Assembly: GCF_016432865.1 (NCBI RefSeq)
Contig: NC_067404.1
Location: forward strand, 56,358,001-56,422,000
DNA from: Antechinus flavipes
Lineage: Eukaryota
Reading direction: 5' to 3'
DNA length: 64,000 bases
The notes below the pieces were generated by a model, which was not told where the DNA came from, did not search any database, and was given only the letters and a program-made list of their open reading frames with translations. Below are positions 1 through 15,425 of the stretch, piece by piece; position 1 is the first letter of the stretch, and each line of letters begins with the position of its first letter. The position numbers and the translations under genes are program-made.

Positions 1-387
1 GTGGGATCTGAGTTTAAGGAAGATAGCAAAGATAAAACAAGCCTAAATTTTTTTCTACTTATACTACAATAATGATCATCTTTTTTTACATGTCCCTTAC
101 CCAGTGCAGGTAAAAATGTGATTTTGAAATCCCATTTATGCCGCCATTCTGGTTTGGTCTTTAGTGGTATTATCCCAACAATAACTTAAAAATTTTAAAT
201 CCTGCAAAAACTTTTGGAATACTCTGTTTAAAACCAAGAGCCATTGCTCAATAGATAAACAGAACAAACTTTTCAGATGAAGAAATGCAAATTATTGACA
301 ATGGTGTAAAATAATATATCAAATGATTAATAATAAAGATATTCAAATCAAAAGCACTAGGTCTTCATTTTATTTCTCTTCCTTTTG

Positions 388-522
388 TTTAAGGTAACAG
401 GGATTAAGTGACATGTCCAAGGTCACACAGCTAGGAAGTGTTACGGCCTGAGGACAAATTTGAACTCGGGTCCTCTTGACTCCAGGGTGGGTGCTTCGTC
501 CACTGCACCATCTAGCTGCCCC
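388..522 (-). mobile_element. Marsupial CORE-SINE (Mar1/MIR-like)
   Basis: reverse of ggggcagctagatggtgcagtgga...gacccgagttcaaatttgtcctcagg. Confidence 0.8.
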
Positions 523-559
523 TGAGCCTTCATTTTATATCCCTAAAATTGGCAAAGAT

Positions 560-790
560 AAAAAAAAATTAAAATGATCAGTTTTGGAGGGTTGTAGGAA
601 GAAAAGCACCTCAATATTTTATGAACCTGTAAATTGTTGTAAATCATTCCTCAAAAGCAATATGGAATCATGGGAAATAAATCACCAAACTATTCATACA
701 CTTCCATACGAGGATTCCATTATTGGGTCTGTAACCCCAATAAAGTAAATGACAAAAAATCTGTTTCTAGCAAAATATTTATAGCAGTAC
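560..790 (+). mobile_element. Old L1 ORF2 3' fragment
   Basis: degenerate L1 C-terminal sequence (ttttggagggttgtagga...gattccattattgggtctgtaacccc...aatatttatagcag); boundaries approximate. Confidence 0.55.
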
Positions 791-1214
791 CCTTAGTGTT
801 GTCATTCTTCCACCAATTTTTCCTGAGGGCCCCTGGAGAGATTAAATGAGTTGACTGGAGCCAATGAGCAGAATTAGAATTTATATATCCTAATTTTCAG
901 TCTAGGAGCTCTTTCTGTTTGATGTATATTGACCTCAGCTAGGTATATTCTTTAAAACTTGTAAAAGAGGTCATTTTAATGCCAGTGAATGGAAGTACAT
1001 ACCCCATTATACAGTGGGGATAGGAACTAATCTATGACTAAATCTAGAAACCAAATAGAACATGATCTATAAATTCTGGCCCCTGACACCTATCCAGTTC
1101 ATTACTTTACATATAGATCTCATTGATTCTTGATGTCACCTAATACAATTTTTATACTTTCTTTCTCCTTTGATCTCCAACAACTAAGTGATCCGTAATC
1201 TTTGAGGCATGTGA

Positions 1215-1403
<189 letters not shown>

Positions 1404-1852
1404 TAGTAGGATGTAATCCCTGCGAGACCATGAGGTCTTTTGTTTTTGTCTATGTATTCCCACTACATCGCATAGCACCTTACACATAGTAAGCCTTTTA
1501 TAAATATTTATGGAATTGAATGGGATTAAAACAGTTCAGATTAGAGCACAGAAAGAGGTCAGTAATACAGCCTTGCTATGAGTTGAGAATTGAGAATATT
1601 CCTTTAATGATCATAAGATCATTAACTTTAAGCACATATAATGACCACTATTAGTGATAAACAAGGTTTTACCAAGTAGGACATTTGGTGAACTGACAAA
1701 TAATGACAAGTAATAAATAATAATAAATATAATAAGTAAATAATAAATAAATAACGACTGACAAATAATGAAGAATAATTTGTGATTAGAATTTTGCTTG
1801 TATGAATGTGGGTTCTGCAAAAATATTTGAAATGTTTATACTCTAAAGTTTC

Positions 1853-2095
1853 ACAGCTAGGTGGTGCAGTGGCTAGAGTCCTGAGCCTGGAGTCAAAAAA
1901 ACCTGCAATCAAAACTGGCCTCAAATGCTTATAAGCTATGAGACCCTGAGCAAGACTCTTAATCTTTGTCTCAGTTTCTTCATCTGTAAAATGGGGACAG
2001 TAATAACCTCTATCTCCTGGGATTGTAGTAAGGATCAAATGAGATAAGGATCATAAAGTGCATTGCACAGTATCTAGCACACAGTAGGCATTATG
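1853..2095 (+). mobile_element. MIR/Mar-type SINE
   Basis: cagctaggtggtgcagtgg head and cagtttcttcatctgtaaaatgggg core. Confidence 0.75.
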
Positions 2096-2147
2096 TTAGT
2101 TAACTGTTAACAGTATTAACTGTTATTATTATTGTTATCGTTAAACA

Positions 2148-2150
<3 letters not shown>

Positions 2151-2190
<40 letters not shown>
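2151..2190. repeat. (CA)n microsatellite
   Basis: direct; similar tracts at about 2581-2608, 45555-45588, 55263-55306 and 63246-63276. Confidence 0.95.
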
Positions 2191-2193
<3 letters not shown>

Positions 2194-2576
2194 ATATTAT
2201 TAACTAATTAAGCAAAGCGTTTCCCCAAATGTTGAGTGATAACAAAACATCCCTTCTCTTGTCCAGATGATCACTGATTCCAAATTAATGAGATAGGAAT
2301 TAAGGCAAAACTTCAATTAAGTGAAACCTAATTAGCTGGGGCCATTAATCAACCAGAGTCTTTGCTGCCCTCAAGTATAAATGAAATTAGCAACTCACAA
2401 AAAATAAGCTAGGATCAGAGACTGATTAAAAAAGTCATGGCCTAGGTTCAGTTACCATTTAACCAAATCTCGTATAATTCCATCTCCATCCAAGATTGTG
2501 CTGAACAGCCATATCAGTGACTCAGTTAGCAAATGGCAACTTTTGTGACCTCTGCACTATACTTTCTAATACAACA

Positions 2577-2612
<36 letters not shown>

Positions 2613-3107
2613 TGAGTTATTCAGACTCCTCCATTGCCTGAGCCATTGCTATTAAGGTTTTACTCTATATCTGTGTACAGCTTTTATTCATATCTCTGCT
2701 TTTACTTATATGTTTGTTTATTCATATCTTTTCCTCCCCTCTGTTACCCCAAATAATTTATTACAATGTTTTCTGTAAACATTGTTGGCTGATTCACTGA
2801 TTGTCTGAGAGACTTCCTCTCTCCCCAGAATCTTAAACTCTTCTAAGGCTAAAAAATCATGTTATTCTATATTGGGTAGTATATTCTTAGTAGCACCAAG
2901 TAAATCAATTATTTATAGAGGTGATAGCTTACATAGAATAGTCCACACTTTCTTGCCAATAATCCAGTGACATGTAAAACAGAATAACTAGAAGAGGTTC
3001 AGAACTTTGACACCTAATGATCAGGTAATGTAGCCAGATTATTGATTATATATTTAAGTTCATGTGTCCTCTTTCTCATGATGACAAAAATCTTAGCACT
3101 AGAAGGA

Positions 3108-3240
3108 NNNNNNNNNNNNNNNNNNNNNNNNNNNNNNNNNNNNNNNNNNNNNNNNNNNNNNNNNNNNNNNNNNNNNNNNNNNNNNNNNNNNNNNNNNNNN
3201 NNNNNNNNNNNNNNNNNNNNNNNNNNNNNNNNNNNNNNNN
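3108..3240. other. Assembly gap (N run)
   Basis: N bases; right edge abuts an antisense L1 3' end. Confidence 0.99.
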
Positions 3241-3712
3241 TTTTAATTTCTTTTTTCTGGTTATACATGTACATTAACTTTTTAATACACATTTCTTTAC
3301 GAATCATGTTGAGAGAGAAAAATCAGGATTAAAGGGGAAAAAACCACAAGAGAAAACAAAACCATAAAAAAAGAAATGAACATAGCATGTGTTGATTTCC
3401 ATTCAATCTCCACAGTTCATTTTCTGGATGCAGATGGTATTTTCTATCCAACATTTATTAGAATTGCTTTGGATCACTGAACCACTGAGAAGAACCAAGT
3501 CTTTCATAGTTGACCATCACACAATCTTGTTGTTATTGTGTACCATGTATTCTTGATTCTGCTTGTTTCTCTCAGCATCAGTTCGTGTAAATCTTTCCAG
3601 ATCTTTCTAAAAGCAGCTTGTTCGTCATTTTTATAGAACACTAATATTCCATTACCTTCATATATCACCAACATATATTCCTAAAAGAATCCTCATTACT
3701 TATACATAAAAA
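3241..3712 (-). mobile_element. L1 3' UTR fragment
   Basis: typical marsupial L1 3' end (ttctggatgcagatgg...ttagaattgctttggatcactgaaccactgagaagaacc). Confidence 0.75.
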
Positions 3713-5829
3713 AAGAGTCTGAGGCCATTTAGGTTCAGTGAAAAGAGCCCTGATTTTGGTGTCAGAGAACATAGGTTCAAACCTCAACTCTGCCTCTTCC
3801 TGCCTATGTGACCTTAATCACTCCCTGGGTCTCAGGTTCGTCACCCTGGAAAGAATGATGTTCACTAAACATCCTCCAGTGTCGCTACCAGCACAATTCT
3901 GTAAGTCTATAAATCGTAGCATTCCTGGAAAGTAGTCATCCAACCTCTTCTTGAAGACCTCCCCAAAATGGTAACCTACCTACCTCCCCAAGGGCAGATA
4001 TAAATGTTAGGAACCAAGCTAAAATTGGCCTCTTCATTATTCTTATCTATTTCTTCTGGCCCTGTTCTCTGGATTTAAACAAATCTAAACTTTTTTTCCC
4101 CATATGGTAGACCTTCAGGTACTTGAAGACCACTATCATGTCTCTCCTGAGTCTTCTCCAGGCTAAACCTCCATCCAGTTCCTTCAACTGATTGTCACAT
4201 TCTAGTTATTCTCCCCTGAACATTCTCAAGCTTATTATTCTGGTTCTTAATCTGTCCTGCCCAATGCTGAAGCCTACAGATGGGATCTGATAGCTGGATG
4301 ATCACCTCTCCATTCCCAGAAGCTAAGGTCACTCATAATACAGGCAAAGATCACATGAACTTTCTTGATTTCTTGATTTTCACATCGGTGAATCCTCTTG
4401 AGTTTGTGGTTTGCTTAAAAAAAAAACAAAACAACAACAAAACCCAGATCTTTTTCAGAGAAAGTGCTAGTCATATATTTATTGAATTTTACCTTGTTAA
4501 ATTTGAGCCTGCAAAGATCCTTTTTGGTTTTGACTTTGTCACCCAGGACAGGGATTCTTAAACTTTTTCCACTCACCCCCCTTTTTTGCCCAAGAAACCC
4601 AATCTCGAATCTAAGCTGAGGTGTTTCTGACGGCATCCGTGCATACACGATGCAAAGTGCTGATGTTGTATATTCAGAACCAAGGCTGCAGTAAAGTTAC
4701 TTGATGCAACACTGGCAAGCGCTTCCAGAAACACTGCAGATTCATTATGTTTTTGATTTGGAATTAATATTTTTTTTTACTGCTGCCAAATTTTTCATGG
4801 CTCCCTCACATGACCCTATATGGGGTCATGACCCACACAGTTTAAGAAATTTTGACATAGTATATTATCTATCCTTCCCAGTTCTGTGTCAGCTCCAAAT
4901 CTGATTCATCTATTCCTTTTGGCAAGTCATTGATAAGAAACTTAAACAGCCAAAGATCAAGCATAGATTCCCTACACTGAAGCCTTTCCTTCCAAGCTGA
5001 CACAAAACTATTAACAACTACTCTTTGAGCCTAAGCATGCAACCATTCCTTAATCCAATTTATTACTATCTTGCTGTTCAATCCACAGCTCTCCGTTTTT
5101 ATCCACAAGAATATTAAGAGATGTTTCGCTTTAAAAGTTGGATAAACTAACTCTGTAGCATTCTTCTGATCTTCCAGCTTTGTAACCCAAGAAGAAACAA
5201 ATTTATTCTGTCATGAGTTATCCTTGATAGAGCCCTGATGACTCTTTGTAATCACCCCCTTCCTTTTTCAGTTGTTCCTTAATTACCTTTTTAATGATCT
5301 AATCTAAGATTTTCCCTAGAAACTGAGTCAGGATCACTGATTTATAATTTGCAGACCATACTATCTTCTTCTTTTCGAAAATCAAAACATTTGTCCTTCT
5401 CTAATATTATGGTACCTTTCCCTTTCTTCCTGATTTTTAAAATATTACTGATAAGTAATCCACTAATGGCATCTTCTTTAAATACCATCTGGCCCAGGTG
5501 ACCTGAACTCCTCAAGGGCAGTTAGAGACTCTTCTACGATTTCCTTAAGTTGGTATGAACTCCTTATTAGCCAATTTGGAGATTAGTTCCTGCCCCTAGA
5601 TTCTGATCGTTGGGCACTATTTAAATTGAGCCACCCATTCTCTACGTTATCATGGTTGGGGATAGCTTGGAGCCACCACAGTGCTTATCTTCATAGAATG
5701 TTAAATTTTGATCTGCACATGACACTCAGAAAATTGAGGACATAGTATGGTCTGCCCTCAGGAAGTATTCATTTGGACCAAAATTGCTTCTTTTATTATT
5801 AGTGTGAACGAAGGATTTGAGGTGGTTGA

Positions 5830-6075
5830 TTTCAATGTGAGCTGAAAGGTAAGAATACCCTGAGAATAGTTAAAGTGTATACTATTCGTTGCCAAAGGAG
5901 AAGTAAAGAAATTCTATGAAGAACTCCACAAGAATCAGGTCAGTATAGTCCTTGATAATTACTGACTTCTATGCAAAGTTGAGGGCAAGTCAGGATCGTT
6001 AAAAAAAAAAAAAGTGTTGGAAACTATGGCTCGGGGTGGAGAAACGTACAAGATGAAAAGCTTAGAAGAGGACAA
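5830..6075 (+). mobile_element. RTE LINE endonuclease remnant
   Basis: degenerate EEVKKFYEELHK and D-F-x-A-K-V (GDFNAKVG-like) motifs. Confidence 0.5.
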
Positions 6076-7065
6076 CTAACAGACATAAAATGGAAAAGAA
6101 AAAACTTTGTCATCATCTTCATCATGGTCAGTGGCAGGGGAGCCACAACTACCTTTGGACCTTGATAATTTCACTGTGCCATATGTAGGAATGGCAGTTG
6201 AGAAAATGCAATTGGAAAGGACTAGCCTGTATGAAATACAAGTGGAGAAATCCATGGTGGATGCCCCACCATCTTTAATACATTTGCCCAGAAACAACCA
6301 AGAGAACATCACTAACTTCCCACCATGTCTACTTTTTCACCGCTCTGAACATAGCAATTATGCTTTTTTGTTTATTCATTCCTCTTTATGGGAATAATCC
6401 TTATGCTTAGCAAATATGAAAATAATACGAGAAGAGAACATAGGGGCTTTGATAAATGATTATAGCAGTTGCACCACTGACTGTAAAGTGAGAAAAATGT
6501 GAGATATATTTGTTGGTGGTTTATTACCAAAAAAAAAAAAAAGCAAGCGTGTTTGATTCAGTAGAGAAAAAAAAAAATGCAACTTAAAGGTTCTCTTCCA
6601 ACAAGGAGCTTCACAAGCATGTCCTAAGGTCAGCCGAGATTCTTTGATAAATGCAGTCACAGAGATGAATGGATTCAGTGGCCCTGTGAGTATTCATGTC
6701 AAGTGAGGCAAAGGTGCTGCTGTGTCATGGAAGATGGCTTGTGCAGGGTGCAAACGAAAGAATGATTCTGTGTCAGTCTTGGGGAGGTCCTTCAGATGTT
6801 CCTCTTTGTGTATGCTGACTCCAGCAAACCCCAGGATGATCTATTCTGAATGCATTAGTCCAACAGAAACTAAAAGGGTGAATGGTGCCTATTGTCCCCA
6901 CTAGGACATTCTTGCATTGGCTGACCAGTCCATTGATTTAGTTCATTAATACCTATATCTGGGACAGTGTATGCAGAAAGACAATGAGTTGGGTCCAGAA
7001 CTGAATAGAAAAAAGAGAGCAAACTCAATTGCATATGGGAAATTGTTCAGGGCTTTTTTCTTTTC

Positions 7066-7199
7066 CTGAGGCAGTTGGGGTTAAGTGACTTGCCCAGGGT
7101 CACACACCCAGGAAGTGTTAAGTGTCTGAGGTCAGATTTGAACTCAGGTCCTCATTACTTCAGGACTGATGCTCTATTCACTGTGCCACCTAGTTCCCC
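7066..7199 (-). mobile_element. WSINE1-type SINE
   Basis: full-length reverse copy with T-tail at 7054-7065. Confidence 0.85.
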
Positions 7200-7269
7200 A
7201 ATTGTCCAGCGCTTTTCATTGATTCCAAGCAGCTTCCCAACACAAAGATCCATCCTTTCAGCCCAGATG

Positions 7270-7660
7270 TTCTCCCAGTGCTTCTGTATGGATTCAAATC
7301 TTGGAATGCTTCATCCCAGGTTGCAACGGGTGATGGAGAAATATATGACGGGAACAAGCAGACTGTGCAGTATACTTTTGCCTTTCTTTTTATCTCTAGT
7401 TCCTAGCATGCTTAACATGTATTAAATATTTAATAAAAGCTTGCTGGTTGGTTGATAGTGACCTATACATAAGATATAATGGGTCATCATTAGACCAGAG
7501 AGTGAGCAAACAAATAGATGGCTCATAAACTCCACCATTACCCACAAAATCTAAAAAGAGCTAGAGTAAAGGCTCCAGTATGTTGGCTAGATCCTTTGTA
7601 GAGTACTTTTGGATGGATATGGACAAGAGTCCCAAAGGTTAGAAAGAGTTGGGTGAGTTG
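7270..7660 (+). mobile_element. RTE LINE 3' remnant, interrupted by an L2-like piece
   Basis: QRVMEKYMTG (QRAMER-like) and the ggctccagtatgttggctagatcc...atggacaagagtc end motif. Confidence 0.5.
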
Positions 7661-9009
7661 TGAGCTAGACCGATAGACTGATAGATGATAGATATCCACT
7701 TTCATGTGCTCATAGGTTCATTGAAAATTGACGTAAACTATTATTAGGAGAGTAAATGTGCTGGAAAACATTCGTTTAATATTCCAAAATTAAATAGGAA
7801 TGAGTTTTTGATTAGCCATTGTTTGTGGCTTATCCATGTATCTGTTCTCCTTCATTAGCATAAATAATCAAGGGTTGGCTATATTCTGAAAAGTCTAAGG
7901 TTTTTCATTGACAAAGTATTTAAATGGCATGAGCAATTAAGCATAAATATATGCTTTTCTCTTTATCTGAAATAACATCTGCTATTAAAATAAAGGTTGA
8001 CTAATATAACTCTATTCTCCTTCACATCGGTCAGGGCACTAGTTAGGGAATTTAGTGCCTGAGGATGAAAAACTAGCCAGCCATGCAGTCAATTCAGTGG
8101 TAGCAAAAATAGATTTCCTGAGAAATTGAGTTTATTAAGAAAATAAAATCTGAATGAGACACTATCAAGAGTTTTAAGGCCTAAAATGGACCCACTTTGG
8201 CAGCAGTCCCATTTGGAAGGACTCGCCCTGCAGGAATGCAATTGATTTTTTTTCCCAGAGTGAGTTTGCTAATCTCTTGGGAAAAATAACCAAGCAGTTG
8301 AAGGCCCCTTTTTCCTCTATCATAAAGTCAGACAAAGAAAAAACAAACAAACAAACAAACAAATACCTTAAGTATACAGCTCTAAGGTGGAATTTGAGAT
8401 TCCTTAGCCTGGTTTTCACTTATCACTCTTAATCTGGCTCACCTTCACTATACATGTTTATCTTCCAGTACTGCCCACCATATTCCTTCAATTCCAGTCA
8501 AACTGTTCTCCTCACTGTATTTCATTTTTGTCATATTCATTCTTGTCTCTCTACATTTGCTTATACCCTTTCCATCTTGAATGATTTTCTCATTTTTCTC
8601 TCAAATTATCTGAATTTTACCCATCCTTCAAGGCTCAGCTGTTCAAATTCCGTGTCTTACTCCTCTTACTCACACAGCTTCCTCCTTCTCTGAATTCTTG
8701 GTCTACTCAGAGTTACAACTACATGATTTCTAGCTTAATTGTCCTTTAAAGGTCTCATGTGTATTAGTTTCATCTCTCAACTAGACTGTCCATGTTTCAA
8801 GAACAGAAGGAAGGACAGAAGGAAACAAGCTTTTATTATTTATTTATTTAATTTATTAAATACCTACTATGTATCAAACTATGTACTCTGTCCACTGTGC
8901 CATCTAGACTTTTATGAAAAACTTTAAAAGTAGGCAGCTATTACAGGCCATGCCTAATAAAAGCCATACCTTTTGCATGTTTTGAATAGCAGCTCATAAA
9001 CTGTAGGCA

Positions 9010-11220
9010 TTTAAAATATTTTATCTTACTTTTATTGATGTCTTTATGTGGCTTTTATTTGTAAATATATCCCTTTCCCTTCTTAGCAAGTCTCTTGCCA
9101 CAAAGATTAAAAAAGAAAGTGAAGGGAAAGGTGCATTTTTTTTTTCAATTTCTTTTTGGAACCAAATTTGAGCATTGTAATTTTGCACCTTTCAATTTTG
9201 GTATTTTGTTCTTTTAAAGTTTTATAACTGTTGTGTGATTTTCCCCTATTTTGCATCAGTTCATAAAATTTTTCTTTGTTTTTCTGAATTTTTCATATTT
9301 TTATGGCACATGGATATTATATTACTTTTTAACCATAATTTATTTAACTATTACCCAGTAAATGGATTTTTTTTAGTTCTTTTTAAAAACTAGACATATG
9401 GGGGCAGCTAAGTGTCTCAGTGGATAGAACACCAGCCCTGAACTCAAAAGGACCTGAATTCAAATGTGACCTCAGACACTTAACATTTCCTAGCTGTGCA
9501 ACCTGGGGCAAGTCACTTAACTCCAATTACCTCAGGGGGAAAAAAACAACTAAACATATGATTTCATTATCATAGGGAACCCCTGATGAGGAAAGTTCCT
9601 TTGTCACTGCAAATTAACACTTAGTCTGCAAGTGATATTTTTATAGCGTTTCTCTTCCTAGATTTTTTTTCCTAACACAAAAAATGTGTTATGAACATTT
9701 TGTTATAGGGGACATTTTTCCATCATTAATCTCCTTTGAGGTTTATGATTAGCAGTGGGATCTTTGGGTCAAAAGTTATATGCGTCTTAGTCACATTTTT
9801 AGCATAATTCCAAATTGCTTTTCAGAATAACTGGACTGACAGCTCTACCAACATTGTGTTTATCTTTTTATGGTTCCTTCAACATTATTTCTATCTTTTG
9901 TCACTTTTGCCAGTTGTCTACATATGAGGTAAATAAAACTTCAGAATTGGTTTGATTAGCATTACTCTTATTACTAAAGATTTTAAAAAATCTTTCATAT
10001 GGTCATTAGCAATTGCAATGATTATTTTAGGAACTATTTATTCATATCTTTGAGCACATGCAAGATGATAAATAGTTCCTAAAATAATAATTGTTTATTT
10101 TATCTTTTATCATTTCTACTTTCTCTTGTTTAGTTATAAAGTCTCCCTCTAACCATATGTATAAAAAGTATCTGATCTTGTTTTCTTCTATTTTTTAAAA
10201 TAGTGTGACCTTTTATAATTCAGACTACATAGCTATTTTGAACATATGGTAATGTTATGTAAAATAAAATGTTGATTGTAACTTCATTTCTTTCAGATGA
10301 CTTTCCAGCATTCCCATCAGTTTTTGTCTAATATGGAGTTATTCCCCCAAGTGGGTTTAAGTTAGTGAGTTCCATTGTTTCTAGTGCAAGATCAGATCCT
10401 TTTTATACATATGGTTAGAGGGAGACTTTATAACTAAACAAGAGAAAGTAGAAATGATAAAAGATAAAATAAGTCTTTATCTGTTCTACTGATTAATTCA
10501 TATACTTTTTTTTAGCCAGTACTACTTTTTATGATTACTGCTTTATAGTTTATAATTACTTTGTCTAGCTCTATAAAGTATGCTCTTAATAGGGCATACT
10601 TTGGTTATTCGTTACTTGGTATCAAGCAAACTTTGTGGTTTGATTGATTTGGCAGTAAATTTGTAGATTCATTTAGTGCAGTATCATAATTTTTACTATA
10701 TTGAGATGACTCAACCCTGAGTGAAAACTATCCCTCCAATTTTTGATGTCATTCTTGATTTTTTAAAGAGTTAGTATAGTTATATTATATGGCTTGAATA
10801 TGCCTTGGCAGACTGACTCCCAGATAGTTTATACATTTTGTAGTTATTTTAGTGAAGAAATGCTAATGATCAGGGGATAGGAGTTCATTTTACATCCCAC
10901 TACTTCACTTGTTGTTAATTGCTATTAATTATTTCACTTAGTTCCCTTGAGGATTCTCTGAGGTTTACTAGATGATTGATCATATCATCTGAAAATAGAA
11001 CTATTTAGTCTTCTCTTTGTTGTTCTCTTCGCCTTTAAAGTCCTTCTTTTTCTTGCCTTACTTGTATCACTAGTATTTCTAGAACATGCAAAATAATGAC
11101 CTCTCCATTATCCTTCCTCTTCCCTCTCATCTTGTTCTGCTGCAAAACTTCTTATCCTTTTAATTCATCTTTTCTAGGTCTTTCTCTAGCTCCATACTAG
11201 CTAATGCTTATTAGACATAT
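9010..11220 (-). mobile_element. Old fragmented L1 (3' UTR/ORF2) with nested SINEs
   Basis: T-rich degenerate L1 antisense sequence; boundaries approximate. Confidence 0.55.
9401..9547 (+). mobile_element. WSINE1-type SINE with TSD
   Basis: ggggcagctaagtg...aattacctcag and A tail; 13-bp TSD aactagacatatg / aactaaacatatg (9388-9400, 9548-9560). Confidence 0.88.
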
Positions 11221-13633
11221 TTCCAAAATGCTGGTGATAGTAGTAAGAAAAGAAAAAATAAATAAAAGCATAAATATCAACAGAGGAGCCAAAACTACCT
11301 ATTTACAAATAACATGATAAATGACTTAGAAAACCACAAAGAATCAACAAAGAAGTTAGTTGACACAATTAGTAACTTAAATAATGTAATAGGATGAATC
11401 AGTAGTGTGTCAGGTTGAAATAGTGCCCTACTCTGTTTTTATACAGGAGTTATTTTGGAAGGTCCACAGAAAACAATTGAAAAGGGGAAATTAGATTTCC
11501 CCTAGCCTCATTCTTTTCTACATTTAGTTACAATCACCCTCAAAATTGATAATTTCTTAATAAACTAACCACCAGTTAAAAAACAGTTCACACCACAGAA
11601 TTTACGTCTCCTAATTAAGTTGATTGAAGAATATTCTTTATACTCATTATCTGGAGGACAGGAGGTGAGAGGAGATTTTATTTAAACATATGTTTGGAAT
11701 AGGGAAGTACAGAAGCTTAAGATCTCCAGTCAGCTCATAGGGAAGGAGGCAGGTAAAGTGGCAACTTCTAAAATGGCTGGGTTTGTAGCACCACATATTT
11801 GGTGGCGGCACCAAAAATCATTTTCTACTAGTTATCTGGACAATGAAGAGGACTATAATCCCAATTCATCTGGCAAGGAATTTGGGTGGCTATGCCTAAA
11901 TATCTTGGGAAGGCCCCCCAAAGTTCCTATTTTTAATGGATATTAGTAATGTTTCCATTTTCTAGTTCCTTGGCTAGTGATGGCTGAATAAGATGGCAAG
12001 GATAAGAACAGAAAATTCTCCTTTCTCTAGAACCTAGAGAAAACAATGGTTACATATGAATAAAAGTACTAAGTAAATAAATAAACTTAATTTATTTAGA
12101 CTGAGTTGGGTATTATCACAATTAGTTTAGGAATGTAATTTATGAGTGAAATTACATAGTAAATAGAAAACTGATGGTTTGCTACTGAGGTTTTATCTTT
12201 TAAATAGGTCAACTGCTTTAGAGAGGAGGATAATAGAGATTTTGGTCCAAAGAATTTGCACCTTTCTCTGGATAAGTTCCTAATAACCAATAGCAATTTG
12301 TCCACTAAAAAGAAAAGATCCCATTTGCCATTTTATGTCCTAAATCAAACACCAAACATTTGTTAATTGCCTACTGTGTGCCAGGTACTGTGTTAAGTAA
12401 TAACTTTACAAATATTATCTCATCTGATCCTTATAACAAGTCTGGGAGGGAGGGAGGTGCTATTATTATCTCCTCTCCCAAATGAGGAAATTGAAGCAGA
12501 GGTGAAGTGACTTGCCCGGGATTACACATCTATGTATTCAAATTCAGGTTTTCTTGATGCCAGGCTCAGCCCTCTATCTACTGTGCCAACCTAGAAGTAC
12601 ATGACAGACATTATGGGATATATTATAGTAGTCAAAGATTTATTTGCCCCAATACACACTTAAAAATTGTGATCTTAGGCAGCTTTAAATAAGATAAAGG
12701 GCATCTAGGTCTAAGGAGCTGACTGGGCCACTATACTCTGCCCTAGTTAGAACTGTTGTATTCTGGGCACCGAATTTTAGAGAGGACTATATCAAGGGAA
12801 GAGCATTCTGCATGGTGAAGTTAGTGCTGTAGGAGGTGGGATTGAAGGAACAAGGGATGTTTATAGCCTGGAGAAGGGAAGACTTAATGACTATAATTAG
12901 CCTTCATTTAAATTGGGCTTTAAGGATTGACAAAGTGCTTTACACACATTATCACATTTGATTAAGGGAGATAAGATTACTCTTTGCCTTCACTAGGTGG
13001 GAGGTCTGGTGGTTGAGGGATTAGTCTTGTTTTGCTAGAAGCAACTGTGTGGTAAGGCCAGGCTTTTGCAAATTTCCGGTCACTATCTAAAAGTAACGAT
13101 CATTTTTATATCCTAGTTTGGGGTAGCCCCAGTGGTTTTATGGCATTTTTTCTTACATCAAATCAGTTTTCACTCTTTTCTCCTAATTCTTCCGGGGAGG
13201 TGGAGGATGGACAAATAAAAACCCTCTAGTTAATAATAATAATAATAAATAATAATATACTAAAAATTTGATGTGGGGCTTATCATAGGCCATGCACTAT
13301 TATTATCCCATTTGATCTTCATAACCCTGGGAGATAGGTACTATTATTATGCCTTTTTTACAAATGAGGAAACTGCAGCTAACAGAGGTTAAATGACTTA
13401 CTTAGGTTCACACAGCTAATAAACACCTAAGGTAGGATTTGCTTAAACACAATTAAAAGGTTTTTCCGATTCTGGGAACTAGGAGCATCTTTCTTTTTGG
13501 ACACTCAGGCCTGTACTGGAGGTCCTAAGGAAAGGTCAATGTCTTTGACTTTGTTTCTCTGTGTTCAGCAGACTATCGTTACCTGAATGAAATGTCTTCC
13601 AGTGATGTTGAGGGAAGCGTTTGTGGCTTCTGA

Positions 13634-13804
<171 letters not shown>

Positions 13805-14803
13805 TAAAGGAGCCTGGGTAGAGGTTTTAAAAAGGCAAATATTCAATGAAGGAGGGAGGGTAGTGGGAGTAGAGGATGCTGGGAGGGAGCCTGGTAGGAG
13901 AGCTACAGGAAACACTAAAAGATTGTGAACTGGAACTTGAAGGAAGGGAGGAATGAGGGGGTTAAAAAGCCGAAGGGGACATGATCCCAGTCTGTAAAAT
14001 CACCATGGGCGTGCTAAGATGGAATGTGAACTTTAACAGCCAATCCTGGAAATGGAGTAGGGTGGCCTCTTCTTCCTGGTGTTTTTCAGAAAAGTCTGCA
14101 ACTGTCCCACTACCTCTTTGCAGATAGACAGCTAGTGATCCCACTCCCTTTTTCTTCATCTGAAAAAATAGTTGGACAAAGCAGCTGTACTCCATTCTAT
14201 TTTGAGTGCAGTACCTGACAGGGACTGGGTTAAACCCAAAGCCCTGGTTGACTCAATCTGTGCCCTAGGCAAATGGGAGCACCCAAAAATCAAGAATAGG
14301 AATTAGCCCTGAAGTCTGGAGAGAGCCGTCATCATCTCTCATAGTGCCCCCCCTGGAGTTTGGCGGAGCTTGGTAGAACGGCTTCAGTGTGGGGAGGAGA
14401 GAGCCATTCCACTAAGCCAATTCAAATTCAAGCCATTCTAAAACGAATCTCCATATTTCCCTAATTTCTCAGTCTTCAAAAACTGACCAAGAAATATTAG
14501 TAACTGGGCTCAAATGAGGTAAAACCATGGGATATCTGGACGGCCAATGAAGCCAGCCAACTTGTTCCCTTTTAGGGAGGAGAGAGGCACCATAGTCCAT
14601 GGAGGCAAATTTTCTTTGCTTTTTCTGGGTGTTTTCCTTGGTTTCCTTTGTCAAAAGTCCATCGAAGCATTTCTGAGAAGTTGTCACCTAAAGAATTCAT
14701 TCTGAAAAATCTAAGCTTTTCCCAAAACTTCCAACTTTGTATCAGGAGTTAGGGTTAGTTGCCCAAGTCAGATGGTCAGCTCAGTTCAAGTTAGTTCAGC
14801 TGA

Positions 14804-15148
<345 letters not shown>

Positions 15149-15425
15149 TAGCATGGGCCGCATAGTAGAGGGAAAAAAGATCTGTCCTTTGAGTCTGATG
15201 ACCTGGGTTCATCTTTATCTTCATCTCATTAGAGTTGGTAGAGACCAGTTTACTGCATCATCTTGTAAGTCCATCTGATCATCAGTTTCTTCATCTCTAA
15301 AATGGAGAGATTTGGCTAAATAATGACTTAGTGAGAGGAGTCAAGTGAGAGGGCTTTGTCACCATAAAGGGATTTTTTCCCCCTACTGAGACTAAATCAA
15401 CAAATTGTTTGATGTTATCTAGACC

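Noticed and set aside
3014-3332. ORFs spanning the first N run (likewise 50644-51065)
   Set aside because: Open only because N bases hide stop codons
13854-13887. G-triplet cluster (possible G-quadruplex) downstream of a donor
   Set aside because: One long loop; intronic GGG runs near donors are common
14342-14358. CTCF-like tagtgccccccctggag
   Set aside because: C run is two bases too long, so the core does not align to the consensus
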